A stretch of DNA of 64,000 nucleotides, from NCBI GenBank assembly GCA_948470605.1, contig CAOKPI010000006.1, forward strand, positions 85-64,084. Direction: 5' to 3'. Shown here piece after piece: positions 38,237 to 49,053 of the stretch. The DNA comes from an uncultured Clostridium sp. GTDB lineage: Bacteria > Bacillota > Clostridia > TANB77 > CAG-508. Position numbers and translations under genes: made by a program. The notes under the pieces were generated by a model. That model did no database searches. It had not been told where the DNA came from and was given only the letters and a program-made list of their open reading frames with translations. Position 1 is the stretch's first letter. Each line of letters starts with the position of its first letter.

Positions 38237-38416
38237 ATGTTTACTAAATACCCAGATGTAGTAAACATTGTACAAATGAGAGAAATGCTTGGTGGTATTG
38301 GTATTAGTTTATCTTACAGACTACTAAGACAAGGCAAAATTCAAGCAATTAAAATTGGTAGAGAATATAAAATACCTAAAACTAGCATTATTTCATATCT
38401 AACAGAAAACAAATAA
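38237..38416 (+). CDS. xis: Excisionase-family HTH protein (59 aa)
   Basis: VVNIVQMREMLGGIGISLSYRLLRQGKIQAIKIGREYKIPKTSIISYL matches the MerR-like excisionase pattern; lies immediately upstream of int. Confidence 0.7.
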   Translation: MFTKYPDVVNIVQMREMLGGIGISLSYRLLRQGKIQAIKIGREYKIPKTSIISYLTENK

Positions 38417-38509
38417 AAGACTAGATTTTAAGCTAATAAAGTGATATTATAGTAAACAATATCAATAGTAGGTTAAATCTAGTCTGTTATATTTTAGAAA
38501 GGAGTCAAA

Positions 38510-39727
38510 ATGGTAACAGTAAGCCTACAAGAGAAAAACGGAGTTTATCAAGCCGTTTTAAATTATAAAGATGATAACGGAAAAAGAAAACAAAAATGGA
38601 AGTCTACTGGACTTACAGTAAGAGGAAATAAAAGGTTAGCCTTACAAAAAGCAGATGAACTACGAAAAGAATTTGAAGAAGAACTTGAATTACAGACTTT
38701 AGATAATTCTAATAGCAAAGTCATTCATGATATTTTATTTGTAGATTATATGAAAAATTGGTTAAAAATAGTCAAGCCTACAATTGCACTTAATACTTAT
38801 GGCTCTTATCAGCAAATGATAAATTATAGGATTGATGATTATTTTACTACTCATCAAATTAGACTAAAAGAATTACAACCTATACATATACAAGATTTTT
38901 ACACATCTATGTTAAATGATAATTTAAGTAGTAATACAGTCATTCATTATCATGCAGTTATTCGTAAGTCATTAGATTATGCTTTTAAAATGGACATGAT
39001 ACAGTCTAATCCTGCTGATAGAGTACAAAGACCTAAAATGCAACAATTTATTGGTAGCTTTTATAATGAAAGCGAATTAAATACATTATTTGAAAAATCA
39101 AAAGGAGATCCTTTGGAATTAATTATATTTATTACAGCTTTTTATGGACTTCGTAGAAGTGAAGTCGCTGGTTTAAAATGGAATGCTATTGATTTTGAAA
39201 ATAATACAATTACAATAAAACATACTCTAGTGCAAGTTAGTATCAAAGGTCAAAGACAAGTAGTAGGAAAAGACAAAACAAAAAATAAAACAAGTTATAG
39301 GACACTTCCTCTAGTTCCAGAAGTAACAGAAGTTTTAAAGAAATTTAAACAAATACAAAAGAACAATAAAAAATCATATAAAAAAAGTTATAACTCAAAA
39401 TATGAAGAATACTTATGTGTAGATAATTTAGGTAATATAATAGCACCTGATTTTATAACAAAGCATTTTAAAAGATTACTAAAAAATAGTGGCTTAAAAA
39501 TAATTAGATTTCATGATTTGAGACATAGTTGTGCTAGTTTATTATTAGCAAGAGGAATACCTTTAAAAGAGATACAAGCTTGGCTTGGACATTCTAATTT
39601 CAATACTACTGCTAATATATATGCTCATTTAGATACAAATGTAAAACAAAAATCTGCAAATGTATTATCTAATATTTTAAATAGCCAAAAAAATATACCT
39701 ACTTATGCAAAAGTAGATAATTTATAA
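38510..39727 (+). CDS. int: Tyrosine-type site-specific integrase
   Basis: 405 aa; GLRRSEVAGLKW (Arg I), HDLRHSCASLLL (HxxR), TANIYAHL (catalytic Tyr); N-terminal SAM-like and arm-binding region. Confidence 0.9.
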   Translation: MVTVSLQEKNGVYQAVLNYKDDNGKRKQKWKSTGLTVRGNKRLALQKADELRKEFEEELELQTLDNSNSKVIHDILFVDYMKNWLKIVKPTIALNTYGSYQQMINYRIDDYFTTHQIRLKELQPIHIQDFYTSMLNDNLSSNTVIHYHAVIRKSLDYAFKMDMIQSNPADRVQRPKMQQFIGSFYNESELNTLFEKSKGDPLELIIFITAFYGLRRSEVAGLKWNAIDFENNTITIKHTLVQVSIKGQRQVVGKDKTKNKTSYRTLPLVPEVTEVLKKFKQIQKNNKKSYKKSYNSKYEEYLCVDNLGNIIAPDFITKHFKRLLKNSGLKIIRFHDLRHSCASLLLARGIPLKEIQAWLGHSNFNTTANIYAHLDTNVKQKSANVLSNILNSQKNIPTYAKVDNL

Positions 39728-39802
39728 TTTGGTTAGATATTGGTTAGATATATCTTAAAAACAAAAATATTATCAAAACGATGAAAGCCTTGATAATACT
39801 AA

Positions 39803-39888
39803 TGGTGGGCAGGGAAGGATTCGAACCTTCGTACTCAAATGAGAACAGATTTACAGTCTGCCGCCTTTAGCCACTCGGCCACCTACCC
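39803..39888 (-). tRNA. tRNA-Tyr (GTA anticodon), long variable arm, CCA encoded; its 3' 56 nt form attR
   Basis: Reverse complement GGGTAGGTGGCCGAGTGGCTAAAGGCGGCAGACTGTAAATCTG...GGTTCGAATCCTTCCCTGCCCACCA folds as a class II cloverleaf. Confidence 0.9.
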
Positions 39889-39904
39889 AAATATAAAATT
39901 AATA

Positions 39905-39981
39905 TGGTGCTCCCTCAAGGATTCGAACCTTGGACCCACCGGTTATGAGCCGGTTGCTCTGACCAACTGAGCTAAGGGAGC
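39905..39981 (-). tRNA. tRNA with CAT anticodon (Met, or lysidine-modified Ile2)
   Basis: Reverse complement GCTCCCTTAGCTCAGTTGGTCAGAGCAACCGGCTCATAACCGGTGGGTCCAAGGTTCGAATCCTTGAGGGAGCACCA. It resembles Bacillus tRNA-Ile2(CAU) as I recall it, but its identity cannot be fixed by eye. Confidence 0.85.
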
Positions 39982-40230
39982 ATGCTCCTTGTGTTTAGCA
40001 CAAGTTAAAGTATAAACTATTTTAATATAAAAGTCAATACTTTTTTAAAAATTTAACATACAAAAGTAACTACTACCAAAACAAAATAACTTGCTTTCGT
40101 AGTAGTTACATACAAAAATACAAAGATAGCGTAATTTAAAATTAGAATATATTGAAAAGTAAAGAGTGATATGGTATTATGTTAAAAATAAAAAGATTGC
40201 AACAAAAACTGTCAAATTTAGGAGTAATAG

Positions 40231-41385
40231 ATGAAGGAATATTTCTATAAAAAAGAGTATAAATATATATATTTAGGGAAAATAGCTTATAGTTTTGGGA
40301 ATGCTCTAATGGAAACATTTGGAACGGTTATGTTATATAAAAATGGCATTCCTATTTGGTTTATTTTATTAATTTATGGATTGCGATTTGGAATAACAGG
40401 ACTTTGTACACCATTATTTGTGAGTTTATCGTCTAGAATAGGAATTGCAAAATGTGTTTTGGTATCTAATATTTTTAGTATGATAAGTGCTTATATGATG
40501 TTAGATGAGACTGATATGTATAAAAATATAGTTATATTTATCCTTGCGTTGGGATTTATGGGAATATCGAATCCATCAGGAGATGCTTTCTCGAGTAAAT
40601 ATGTAGATACAGAGCATAGAGGAAGGTATAATAGCTTTTTAGGGATTAGTAAAATAGCAGGAACAGCAATAGCAAGTTGCCTAGTTGCTTGGGGAGTAAT
40701 AACAGATAATAATATTGTTTTGTTTTCAATGATAGCCATATTCTTTTTATTAGAATATGTATTTTATAGAAAAATAGATTATAAGGTGGAAAATCACACA
40801 AGTGCATTTAAAGCAACGATGAAATATATAGTAAAAAGTAAAAGTAGATATAAAATTATATATGCTTTAAGAACGAGCCATATAATAGAAAGACAATTTG
40901 TACCACTTTATTTATATATCGCTTTAGAGGATTTTCAAATTTTTTCTTCTGTTATCATTGTTTCATTATTATTACAAATAATTACTGTGGCTTTAATAGG
41001 AAAATATTCTGACAGAAATATTGTAAAGGCAAATAATTTTGTTACAATTATAAAGGCTATTATAACAGGAATATTTCTATTTGCTAAAAATAAAATAGCC
41101 ATATCTTTTAATAAGACATTAAATGATAATTTTGAAAAAGTATATGAAACATCCATTCAAACCTCGATACAAAATATTATTAAAGAAGAAAAGGAAAATA
41201 ATGAACTTTTGTCAGCAGTTGGTCAAATGAGTTTGTGTTTTACGGAAGTGATTGTATTTGTTGTTCTAGCTTTTGTTGCGAAATTTATTGAGGAAAGGGT
41301 TTTTTATATGATTTTCGTATTATCAATTATTTCAACACTTACTATAAATTTTAATATTAAACAAGAAAGAAATCATATAAAATAA
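40231..41385 (+). CDS. Multi-pass membrane transporter (MFS-like)
   Basis: 384 aa with about 10-12 hydrophobic segments; no specific motif recognised. Confidence 0.5.
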   Translation: MKEYFYKKEYKYIYLGKIAYSFGNALMETFGTVMLYKNGIPIWFILLIYGLRFGITGLCTPLFVSLSSRIGIAKCVLVSNIFSMISAYMMLDETDMYKNIVIFILALGFMGISNPSGDAFSSKYVDTEHRGRYNSFLGISKIAGTAIASCLVAWGVITDNNIVLFSMIAIFFLLEYVFYRKIDYKVENHTSAFKATMKYIVKSKSRYKIIYALRTSHIIERQFVPLYLYIALEDFQIFSSVIIVSLLLQIITVALIGKYSDRNIVKANNFVTIIKAIITGIFLFAKNKIAISFNKTLNDNFEKVYETSIQTSIQNIIKEEKENNELLSAVGQMSLCFTEVIVFVVLAFVAKFIEERVFYMIFVLSIISTLTINFNIKQERNHIK

Positions 41386-41394
41386 AAACAGCAA

Positions 41395-42268
41395 TTATTT
41401 TGCTATTTTATTTGTAGGTAAAATAAAGCATCTACCATTTAAATCGTTTAAAATGCCACTATCTGATTTAAAATTAAATTTCAGAACAGAACTAGAAAGC
41501 ATTTGATACTTTTTACCAAATTTTTTATTAATCTCATTGATACCATATTTTCCGGTCACCAATAATAGGATAGCCCAAATGAGCAAGATGAGCTCTGATT
41601 TGATGTGTTTTACCAGTTTCGATTTCTACATCTAGCAAAGAGGTATTATTATCGTAGGTTTCCAAAACATGATAAGTGGTAATAATTTTTTGGTAACCTT
41701 TTTTGTAGCAATCAGAAATATACACAAGAGATTTCTTATGCTCCTTAAATAAATATGCCTCACATCTTTGAAAAGAATTTTTTGGAACACCATAGACCAT
41801 AGCCAAATAGTGTTTTTCAATTTCATGTTGTTTAAATTTGTTTAATAAAATTGTCAAAGCTTCTTCATTTTTAGCAAATAAAACCAGTCCCGTTGTATTT
41901 CGGTCGATTCGATGACAAGGCATTGGTTTGAAATTGTTATGTTTATAATTCTGATGAACCAAGCTAGTCAAGCTGTTTTCTCCAGTAACTTCTAAATTAT
42001 AGGGCTTATTCAAAATTAAAATATTTTCATCTTCAAACACAATGTCTAACTGGATATCACGTTCTAATAAATAATCTGCAATATAGAGCAAAATTTCATC
42101 GTTTTCATGAAGGATAATGTTTTCAGAAATTCTTTTTCCATTTACTTTTATGTCTTTTTTTCTTAGTGTCTTATAAAAAAGATTAGAGGATAAATTAGGC
42201 ATAGTTTTTAATAAAAATGTGTTTAGTTTTTTTCCATTATATTTTTGATTCACAATTAATTTTTTCAT
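41395..42268 (-). pseudogene. RluA-family pseudouridine synthase, frameshifted at about 41553
   Basis: S4-like N-terminus and the HRIDRNTTGLVLFAK catalytic motif. The conserved HQIRAHLAHLGYPIIGD-GKYG is broken as GGT GAC [C] GGA AAA TAT GGT and the C-terminus continues in ORF 41395-41586. Confidence 0.8.
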
Positions 42269-42364
42269 GCTTTTATTATAACTTGTTTATTAAGAAAAAG
42301 CAAGAAAATGTAATAGTTTGGCAATTCATGAATAGTATAGATATGGTTATTAATTTTTTGCGTC

Positions 42365-42482
42365 AAAGTTTATTATATTTTTTATGAAGTAACAATTTGT
42401 GGGGACCGACAAGCTACAGTCTGTTATGCAATTACGGACTGTGCGATGTTGGGAGTTAAAAATAAAAAATATAATAAACTTT
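42365..42482. repeat. ~120 bp MITE-like palindromic element, copy C (same orientation as copy B)
   Basis: TIRs AAAGTTTATTATATTTTTTAT / ATAAAAAATATAATAAACTTT are identical to copy A; the internal region aligns with copies A and B with scattered substitutions. Confidence 0.9.
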
Positions 42483-42542
42483 GTAAGTAAATCTATACAT
42501 TAGTAAGATATGTGAATTTTTTGTGAAAAAGAAAAAAAGGTA

Positions 42543-42571
42543 TTGACAAGTAAGAAAAAAGGGTATAAAGT
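42543..42571 (+). promoter_or_regulatory. SigA-type promoter of groES-groEL
   Basis: TTGACA at 42543-42548, 15-17 nt spacer, TATAAAGT -10 region; immediately followed by CIRCE. Confidence 0.7.
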
Positions 42572-42572
42572 A

Positions 42573-42599
42573 TTAGCAGTCACTTAATAAGAGTGCTAA
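42573..42599 (+). promoter_or_regulatory. CIRCE operator (HrcA binding site) of groESL
   Basis: TTAGCAGTC-N9-GAGTGCTAA versus consensus TTAGCACTC-N9-GAGTGCTAA. Confidence 0.9.
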
Positions 42600-42622
42600 T
42601 ACAAATCTTAAGGAGGTAATAG

Positions 42623-42907
<285 letters not shown>

Positions 42908-43050
42908 AAAAAATAGAACGGTAGAAAGAGGGAGATTTTTAAATCATCGTTAGTCAATAAAAAAGGAACGAGCTAACGCATAACTTATCTGTACGTATTA
43001 AAATACTACAGCTAAGAAATCCCTTAATCCCGATTTGAAAGGAAGGATAG

Positions 43051-44694
<1,644 letters not shown>

Positions 44695-44914
44695 AAAAAA
44701 GAAATAAAAGAATAAGTAAAGAAAAATCCCCGATTATTAGACTAAAAGTTTAATGATGGGGGTTTAATATTATTTTTTAAAAATCATTAAAAATAAAAAA
44801 ATTATAACATATAAACTTGCATTATGTAAAACAAAATGATAAAATAGATATGATAGGAAATAAAAATGGTATAAAATTCCAATAAAGTTTTAACCAAGAA
44901 TAAGGAGTGAAAAA

Positions 44915-45763
44915 TTGACTATGCTTCGAAATAGAAAAAAAGTGATTATTATATTCTGCACTATTATAATCTCATTAATTTTATGTATAACAACTATTGT
45001 AATCAATTTTTTCACAAAGGATAGAACAACGAAAGAAATAACAGTTGGTATCAATCCAGTTGTGGCGACCAAATCCATTATGACCTATCAGGAACCAATA
45101 ACATTAATATTGGAAGATGAAGAAAACAAAGAGGTATCACAAAGGCAAATTTCTGAAGAAAATTTGCAAGATAGAGAAGAATTGGAAGAGAAGCAAGTAA
45201 TAGAGGAGAAACTGCAAGAGTGCTTTAAGATAGAGACCAATATCACTCCAGAAGAACAGATGAAGGAGGATAAGAAAGAGATTAACGTAGAAGCAGTGCC
45301 AGAAGAAGCAAAGCAATTAGAGGAAACAAAGCAACCCAAAGAGATACAAAATGCTGTTATTACGGAGAATGAAATTTTCCCAACTGTTGGGAAAATAGAG
45401 ATACCACAAACAGGAGTTAATATTCCTATCTTGAATCAAGTAACAGTTGAAGGAATGAAAAATGCACCTTGTTTATTATATGCAACAGGAAAATTGAATG
45501 AAAATGGAAATAATCTAATTGTAGGACATAATTTTAGAAATGGAACGATTTTTTCAGATAATAAAAATTTGCAACTAGGGGATAAAATATTTGTTACTAC
45601 ATTAGATGGAAATAGAGTAGAATATACGATTTATAATAAATTTGTAACCACTGCTGAAGATGTGAGCTATATTAAAAGAGATACTCAAAATAAGCCAGAA
45701 ATAACTTTATCATGTTGTACAGATGATGATGAATATCGAATTATTATTTTAGCTAAAATATAA
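44915..45763 (+). CDS. Sortase family protein paralog with an acidic linker and an unusual TLSCC active-site motif
   Basis: TM anchor, Glu-rich linker (about aa 70-140); the catalytic domain is similar to ORF 14208 (VGHNFRNG, ...PEITLSCCTDD...YRIIILAK); TTG 44915 behind AAGGAG. Confidence 0.75.
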   Translation: MTMLRNRKKVIIIFCTIIISLILCITTIVINFFTKDRTTKEITVGINPVVATKSIMTYQEPITLILEDEENKEVSQRQISEENLQDREELEEKQVIEEKLQECFKIETNITPEEQMKEDKKEINVEAVPEEAKQLEETKQPKEIQNAVITENEIFPTVGKIEIPQTGVNIPILNQVTVEGMKNAPCLLYATGKLNENGNNLIVGHNFRNGTIFSDNKNLQLGDKIFVTTLDGNRVEYTIYNKFVTTAEDVSYIKRDTQNKPEITLSCCTDDDEYRIIILAKI

Positions 45764-45861
45764 GATGAGAATGTCCTATGAATAAAACCATGGGACATTT
45801 TTGTGCTTTTTTATGATTGACAAAAACATGAAAATGGTGTAATATATTTTCTAGTATAAAT

Positions 45862-45937
45862 GCCAATATAGCTTAGTTGGTAGAGCACTGGATTCGTAAC
45901 CCAGAGGTCGGCAGTTCGATTCTGCCTATTGGCTCCA
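45862..45937 (+). tRNA. tRNA-Thr (CGT anticodon), CCA encoded
   Basis: GCCAATATAGCTTAGTTGGTAGAGCACTGGATTCGTAACCCAGAGGTCGGCAGTTCGATTCTGCCTATTGGCTCCA; cloverleaf with one A31:C39 mismatch. Confidence 0.88.
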
Positions 45938-46030
45938 TTTGAAAACAACTTACGGACTGTAACAAGTTCGTAAGTTTTTATTTTATATAAAAGGCTTAAA
46001 GTTCTCTTTCTAGGAAGGAGGACTTTTTTA

Positions 46031-46315
46031 ATGTTGGATTTTAAAACTATGGAAACATTAAAGCCAAACAACGAAATCTTGGAAGTTATTAAAGATTATA
46101 ATTACAAAATTAGGAAAGGGACAATAAAACACTTATTACATACCAATTTACAAGTTATAGAGCCTACAGAGTATCTAATTACATATCCTACTACTCTAAC
46201 AATACTAGGGTATAAAATTAACGAAATATCTAACAAGCCATTTTTTATTAAAGAACATAATCAAAAATATTCATTATCAGAACTAATCCAAATTTTAAAG
46301 AAATTGAAATTTTAG
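46031..46315 (+). CDS. Hypothetical protein (94 aa)
   Basis: ORF with AGGAGGA RBS; no family recognised. Confidence 0.4.
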   Translation: MLDFKTMETLKPNNEILEVIKDYNYKIRKGTIKHLLHTNLQVIEPTEYLITYPTTLTILGYKINEISNKPFFIKEHNQKYSLSELIQILKKLKF

Positions 46316-46508
46316 ACTTTACTTTTTCTGTTTTTGTGAGGAAACAGATGGGAGGACTAATTTTTCAAATTAGACTTTGTAAAAGCCTTATTAAGTGAGA
46401 AAACTAATGAAAAAAGTGTAAAAAATGCGTAAAATTTTAACTTTTTTCATAATTGGGGTCTGTTTTTTGGCTTCTGAGTGAGGAAACAAGTGAGGAGATG
46501 ATTATTTT

Positions 46509-48299
46509 ATGAGATGTGCAGTATATGTAAGAGTTAGTACAGACGACCAAAGAGATAATGGTTATTCAATTGATTCACAACTTCGTATGATTAAGGAATA
46601 TTGTGAGAAAAACGATTATAGTATTGTTGATATTTATAATGATGCGGGTCATTCTGGAAAAGATTTAATGCGACCAGAAATGCAAAGATTACTTGCAGAT
46701 ATTAAATCTAAAAAGATCGATAAGTTAATTGCTATTAAAGTAGATAGACTTACCAGAAACAACTATGATGGCTTTTGGTTACTTAATTACTGTGAAGAAC
46801 ACGATGTTAAAATTGAGTTAATACTTGAGCCTTATGATTTATCTACCGCTAATGGTGAAATGATATTTGGTATGAATTTAGTATTCGGTCAAAGGGAAAG
46901 AAAAGAAATTGGAGCAAGAACAAAACGAGCAATGGAAGAAATGGCACTAGAGAAAGTTCACCCTAGTAAAGCGCCTTTCGGCTATGTTAGAAATAAAGAT
47001 ACAGGTCATTTAGAAATAGAGCCAATAGAAGCCCAAGTGGTAAAAGAAATCTTTAAATTATGCCAAGAAGGAAACTCTACTAGAGGTATTGCTACAATTA
47101 TGAAAGATAATAATGCTTATTTAAAAAGTGGTAAATGGAGGGCAGACAGAGTTTATAAAATACTTACTAATTCTATTTATATAGGTGTATTTGAATATGG
47201 TAAATATAAGCGAAAACAACAAGATATTTTAAGAGTGGAAGACTATTGTGAACCGATTATAGACGAAACAACTTGGAATGCTACAAGAAATGTATTAGTG
47301 AAAAATAAACACTCAAATTATGGCGAATTTATTCATTTATTTTCAGGATTAGTAAAATGTCCGATATGTGGCGAGATTATGGCTTCATCAGAATCTTTTA
47401 AATATCCAAATGGAAAACAAAAAGTTTATTATCATTTAAGATGTAAAAATCATAATTGTAGTGGCTATGGACTTCATTATAATACTGAGAAAATAGAAGT
47501 TAAATTAAGGCGAGTTTTAGAAGAATTAACTATCTTTATGATGGGAACAAATAATGAAATTATTACTTGTAATTCTACAAAAAGTAATGATGTAAAAGAG
47601 ATAGAAAAAGCCATTGAAAAATTAAAAGTACAAGAAAAAAGATTGGTCGATTTATATTTAAGTTCGACTCTAGATGTGGAAACGATTAACCATAAAAACG
47701 AAGTTATAAAAAAAGAAATTGAGAAACTGAACAAGAAGAAAATAACTCTTGATCCAGATAACGAATCAAAAGAATATACAACAGAACTAGTAAAAAAATT
47801 AGACTGTAAAAAGGAAAATGACAAATTAGTATTCAAAAATGCTAAGATGATGAACTTCACTTTTTTCTACAATTTACTATCAAGAGAAGCCAAACATGAT
47901 ATGATTCATAGACTTATATCTGGGATAGAAATTACTAGAGATGATAACTATAACATTGATATTAAATATATAAAATTTACTGATGAATTTATCACAAAAA
48001 GTAGTACAGAATTTATTAAATACTTATATATTGTTCTAAAAAATGATACTGTTGGCATTAAATATCTAAATGGAATAACTGAAAAAGAATTAGAAGTCAA
48101 GAAAAAAGATTATGACGTTTTATCCATTCTAAAAATGACAAGTAATGAATATCCGAGTGAGTTTGTAGATGAATTTTTTGCTAAAGCACACAGTCATTTT
48201 TATGTAGATGGTATAATTGGCAGTCCTTATTTTGAGGGAAATGTTTCTAAAGATTTTCTGTTATTAGTACCCAAAAAAGAAGTAGTCAAAGCAACCTAA
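46509..48299 (+). CDS. Large serine recombinase (TnpX-like)
   Basis: MRCAVYVRVSTDDQ...KVDRLTRN catalytic domain, recombinase domain, zinc ribbon CPICG...LRCKNHNC, coiled coil. Confidence 0.9.
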   Translation: MRCAVYVRVSTDDQRDNGYSIDSQLRMIKEYCEKNDYSIVDIYNDAGHSGKDLMRPEMQRLLADIKSKKIDKLIAIKVDRLTRNNYDGFWLLNYCEEHDVKIELILEPYDLSTANGEMIFGMNLVFGQRERKEIGARTKRAMEEMALEKVHPSKAPFGYVRNKDTGHLEIEPIEAQVVKEIFKLCQEGNSTRGIATIMKDNNAYLKSGKWRADRVYKILTNSIYIGVFEYGKYKRKQQDILRVEDYCEPIIDETTWNATRNVLVKNKHSNYGEFIHLFSGLVKCPICGEIMASSESFKYPNGKQKVYYHLRCKNHNCSGYGLHYNTEKIEVKLRRVLEELTIFMMGTNNEIITCNSTKSNDVKEIEKAIEKLKVQEKRLVDLYLSSTLDVETINHKNEVIKKEIEKLNKKKITLDPDNESKEYTTELVKKLDCKKENDKLVFKNAKMMNFTFFYNLLSREAKHDMIHRLISGIEITRDDNYNIDIKYIKFTDEFITKSSTEFIKYLYIVLKNDTVGIKYLNGITEKELEVKKKDYDVLSILKMTSNEYPSEFVDEFFAKAHSHFYVDGIIGSPYFEGNVSKDFLLLVPKKEVVKAT

Positions 48300-48317
48300 A
48301 TGTGAAAGGAGTTAGCA

Positions 48318-48560
48318 ATGAAACAATTAACAAAAGAAAATATTTTAAAGAATCAAATAGATACTATAGAACAATTTAAAGTTCTTGATTATCTAAAAAA
48401 GCAATTATCTATTCTTGAATTTGATTTATATTTAATAGATAGATTTACTATTAAAGTTATAGATAAAAACAATGAACAAGGTTATTTTAAATACAATAGC
48501 AAAACGAAATCGGTAGATTTTTACGAAAAAAATATTAAAAATAAAGAAATGGAGAGATAA
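48318..48560 (+). CDS. Hypothetical protein (80 aa)
   Basis: ORF with AAGGAG RBS between the recombinase and the TnpV-like gene. Confidence 0.4.
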   Translation: MKQLTKENILKNQIDTIEQFKVLDYLKKQLSILEFDLYLIDRFTIKVIDKNNEQGYFKYNSKTKSVDFYEKNIKNKEMER

Positions 48561-48564
48561 AAAA

Positions 48565-48918
48565 ATGAAATTAAATTATGCAAAAGTTGGCGATTATTTA
48601 TTACCAAATTTAACAATAGAAAAACAAAATAATGAGAAAATTAACAAGTATGGCTATTTAAGATTACACTATCTGAAAGAAAATAATAAGTCATTTTATA
48701 CAACGCTTTTAATGAAAAATGAATTAACAAATCATCTTGTTTCAGTTAGTATTGAAGTAGAAAATAGATTAAATATTTTAATGGAACAATACAAAAATTC
48801 TGATAAGTTACTATCCGAAAAAAGCAAAATGGATAACCAACTTGAATGGGTTAAACGAATGAATAATTATAAAAATATGGCAGAAGAAGTGATTTTAAAA
48901 GAACTAATTTATGTATGA
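48565..48918 (+). CDS. TnpV-like transposon protein
   Basis: GDYLLPNL...YGYLRLHYLKE...NQLEWVKRMNNYKNMAEEVILKELIY resembles clostridial TnpV as I recall it (GDYLIPDL...NQMLWVQKMNNIRNRAMEIV..EVIY). Confidence 0.6.
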   Translation: MKLNYAKVGDYLLPNLTIEKQNNEKINKYGYLRLHYLKENNKSFYTTLLMKNELTNHLVSVSIEVENRLNILMEQYKNSDKLLSEKSKMDNQLEWVKRMNNYKNMAEEVILKELIYV

Positions 48919-49053
48919 AAATAGGACTGCAAAGCAAGCAGTCCTTTAAAATTACCGTAAGTGCAAGCTTGTGCTTATGTCCTAGCCAGCACTGAAAACT
49001 TACTCCCGTACGTTTTCTATTTATGGGAAATCCCATACCCTTTAAACTCATAA

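Larger units (their letters stand above)
33040..39857. mobile_element. 6.8 kb integrative (mobilisable-plasmid-like) element inserted in the 3' end of tRNA-Tyr
   Basis: Perfect 56 bp direct repeat ATGGTGGGCAGGGAAGGATTCGAACCTTCGTACTCAAATGAGAACAGATTTACAGT at 33040-33095 and 39802-39857. Tyrosine integrase and Xis lie next to the intact tRNA; repL and mob remnants lie inside. Confidence 0.85.
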
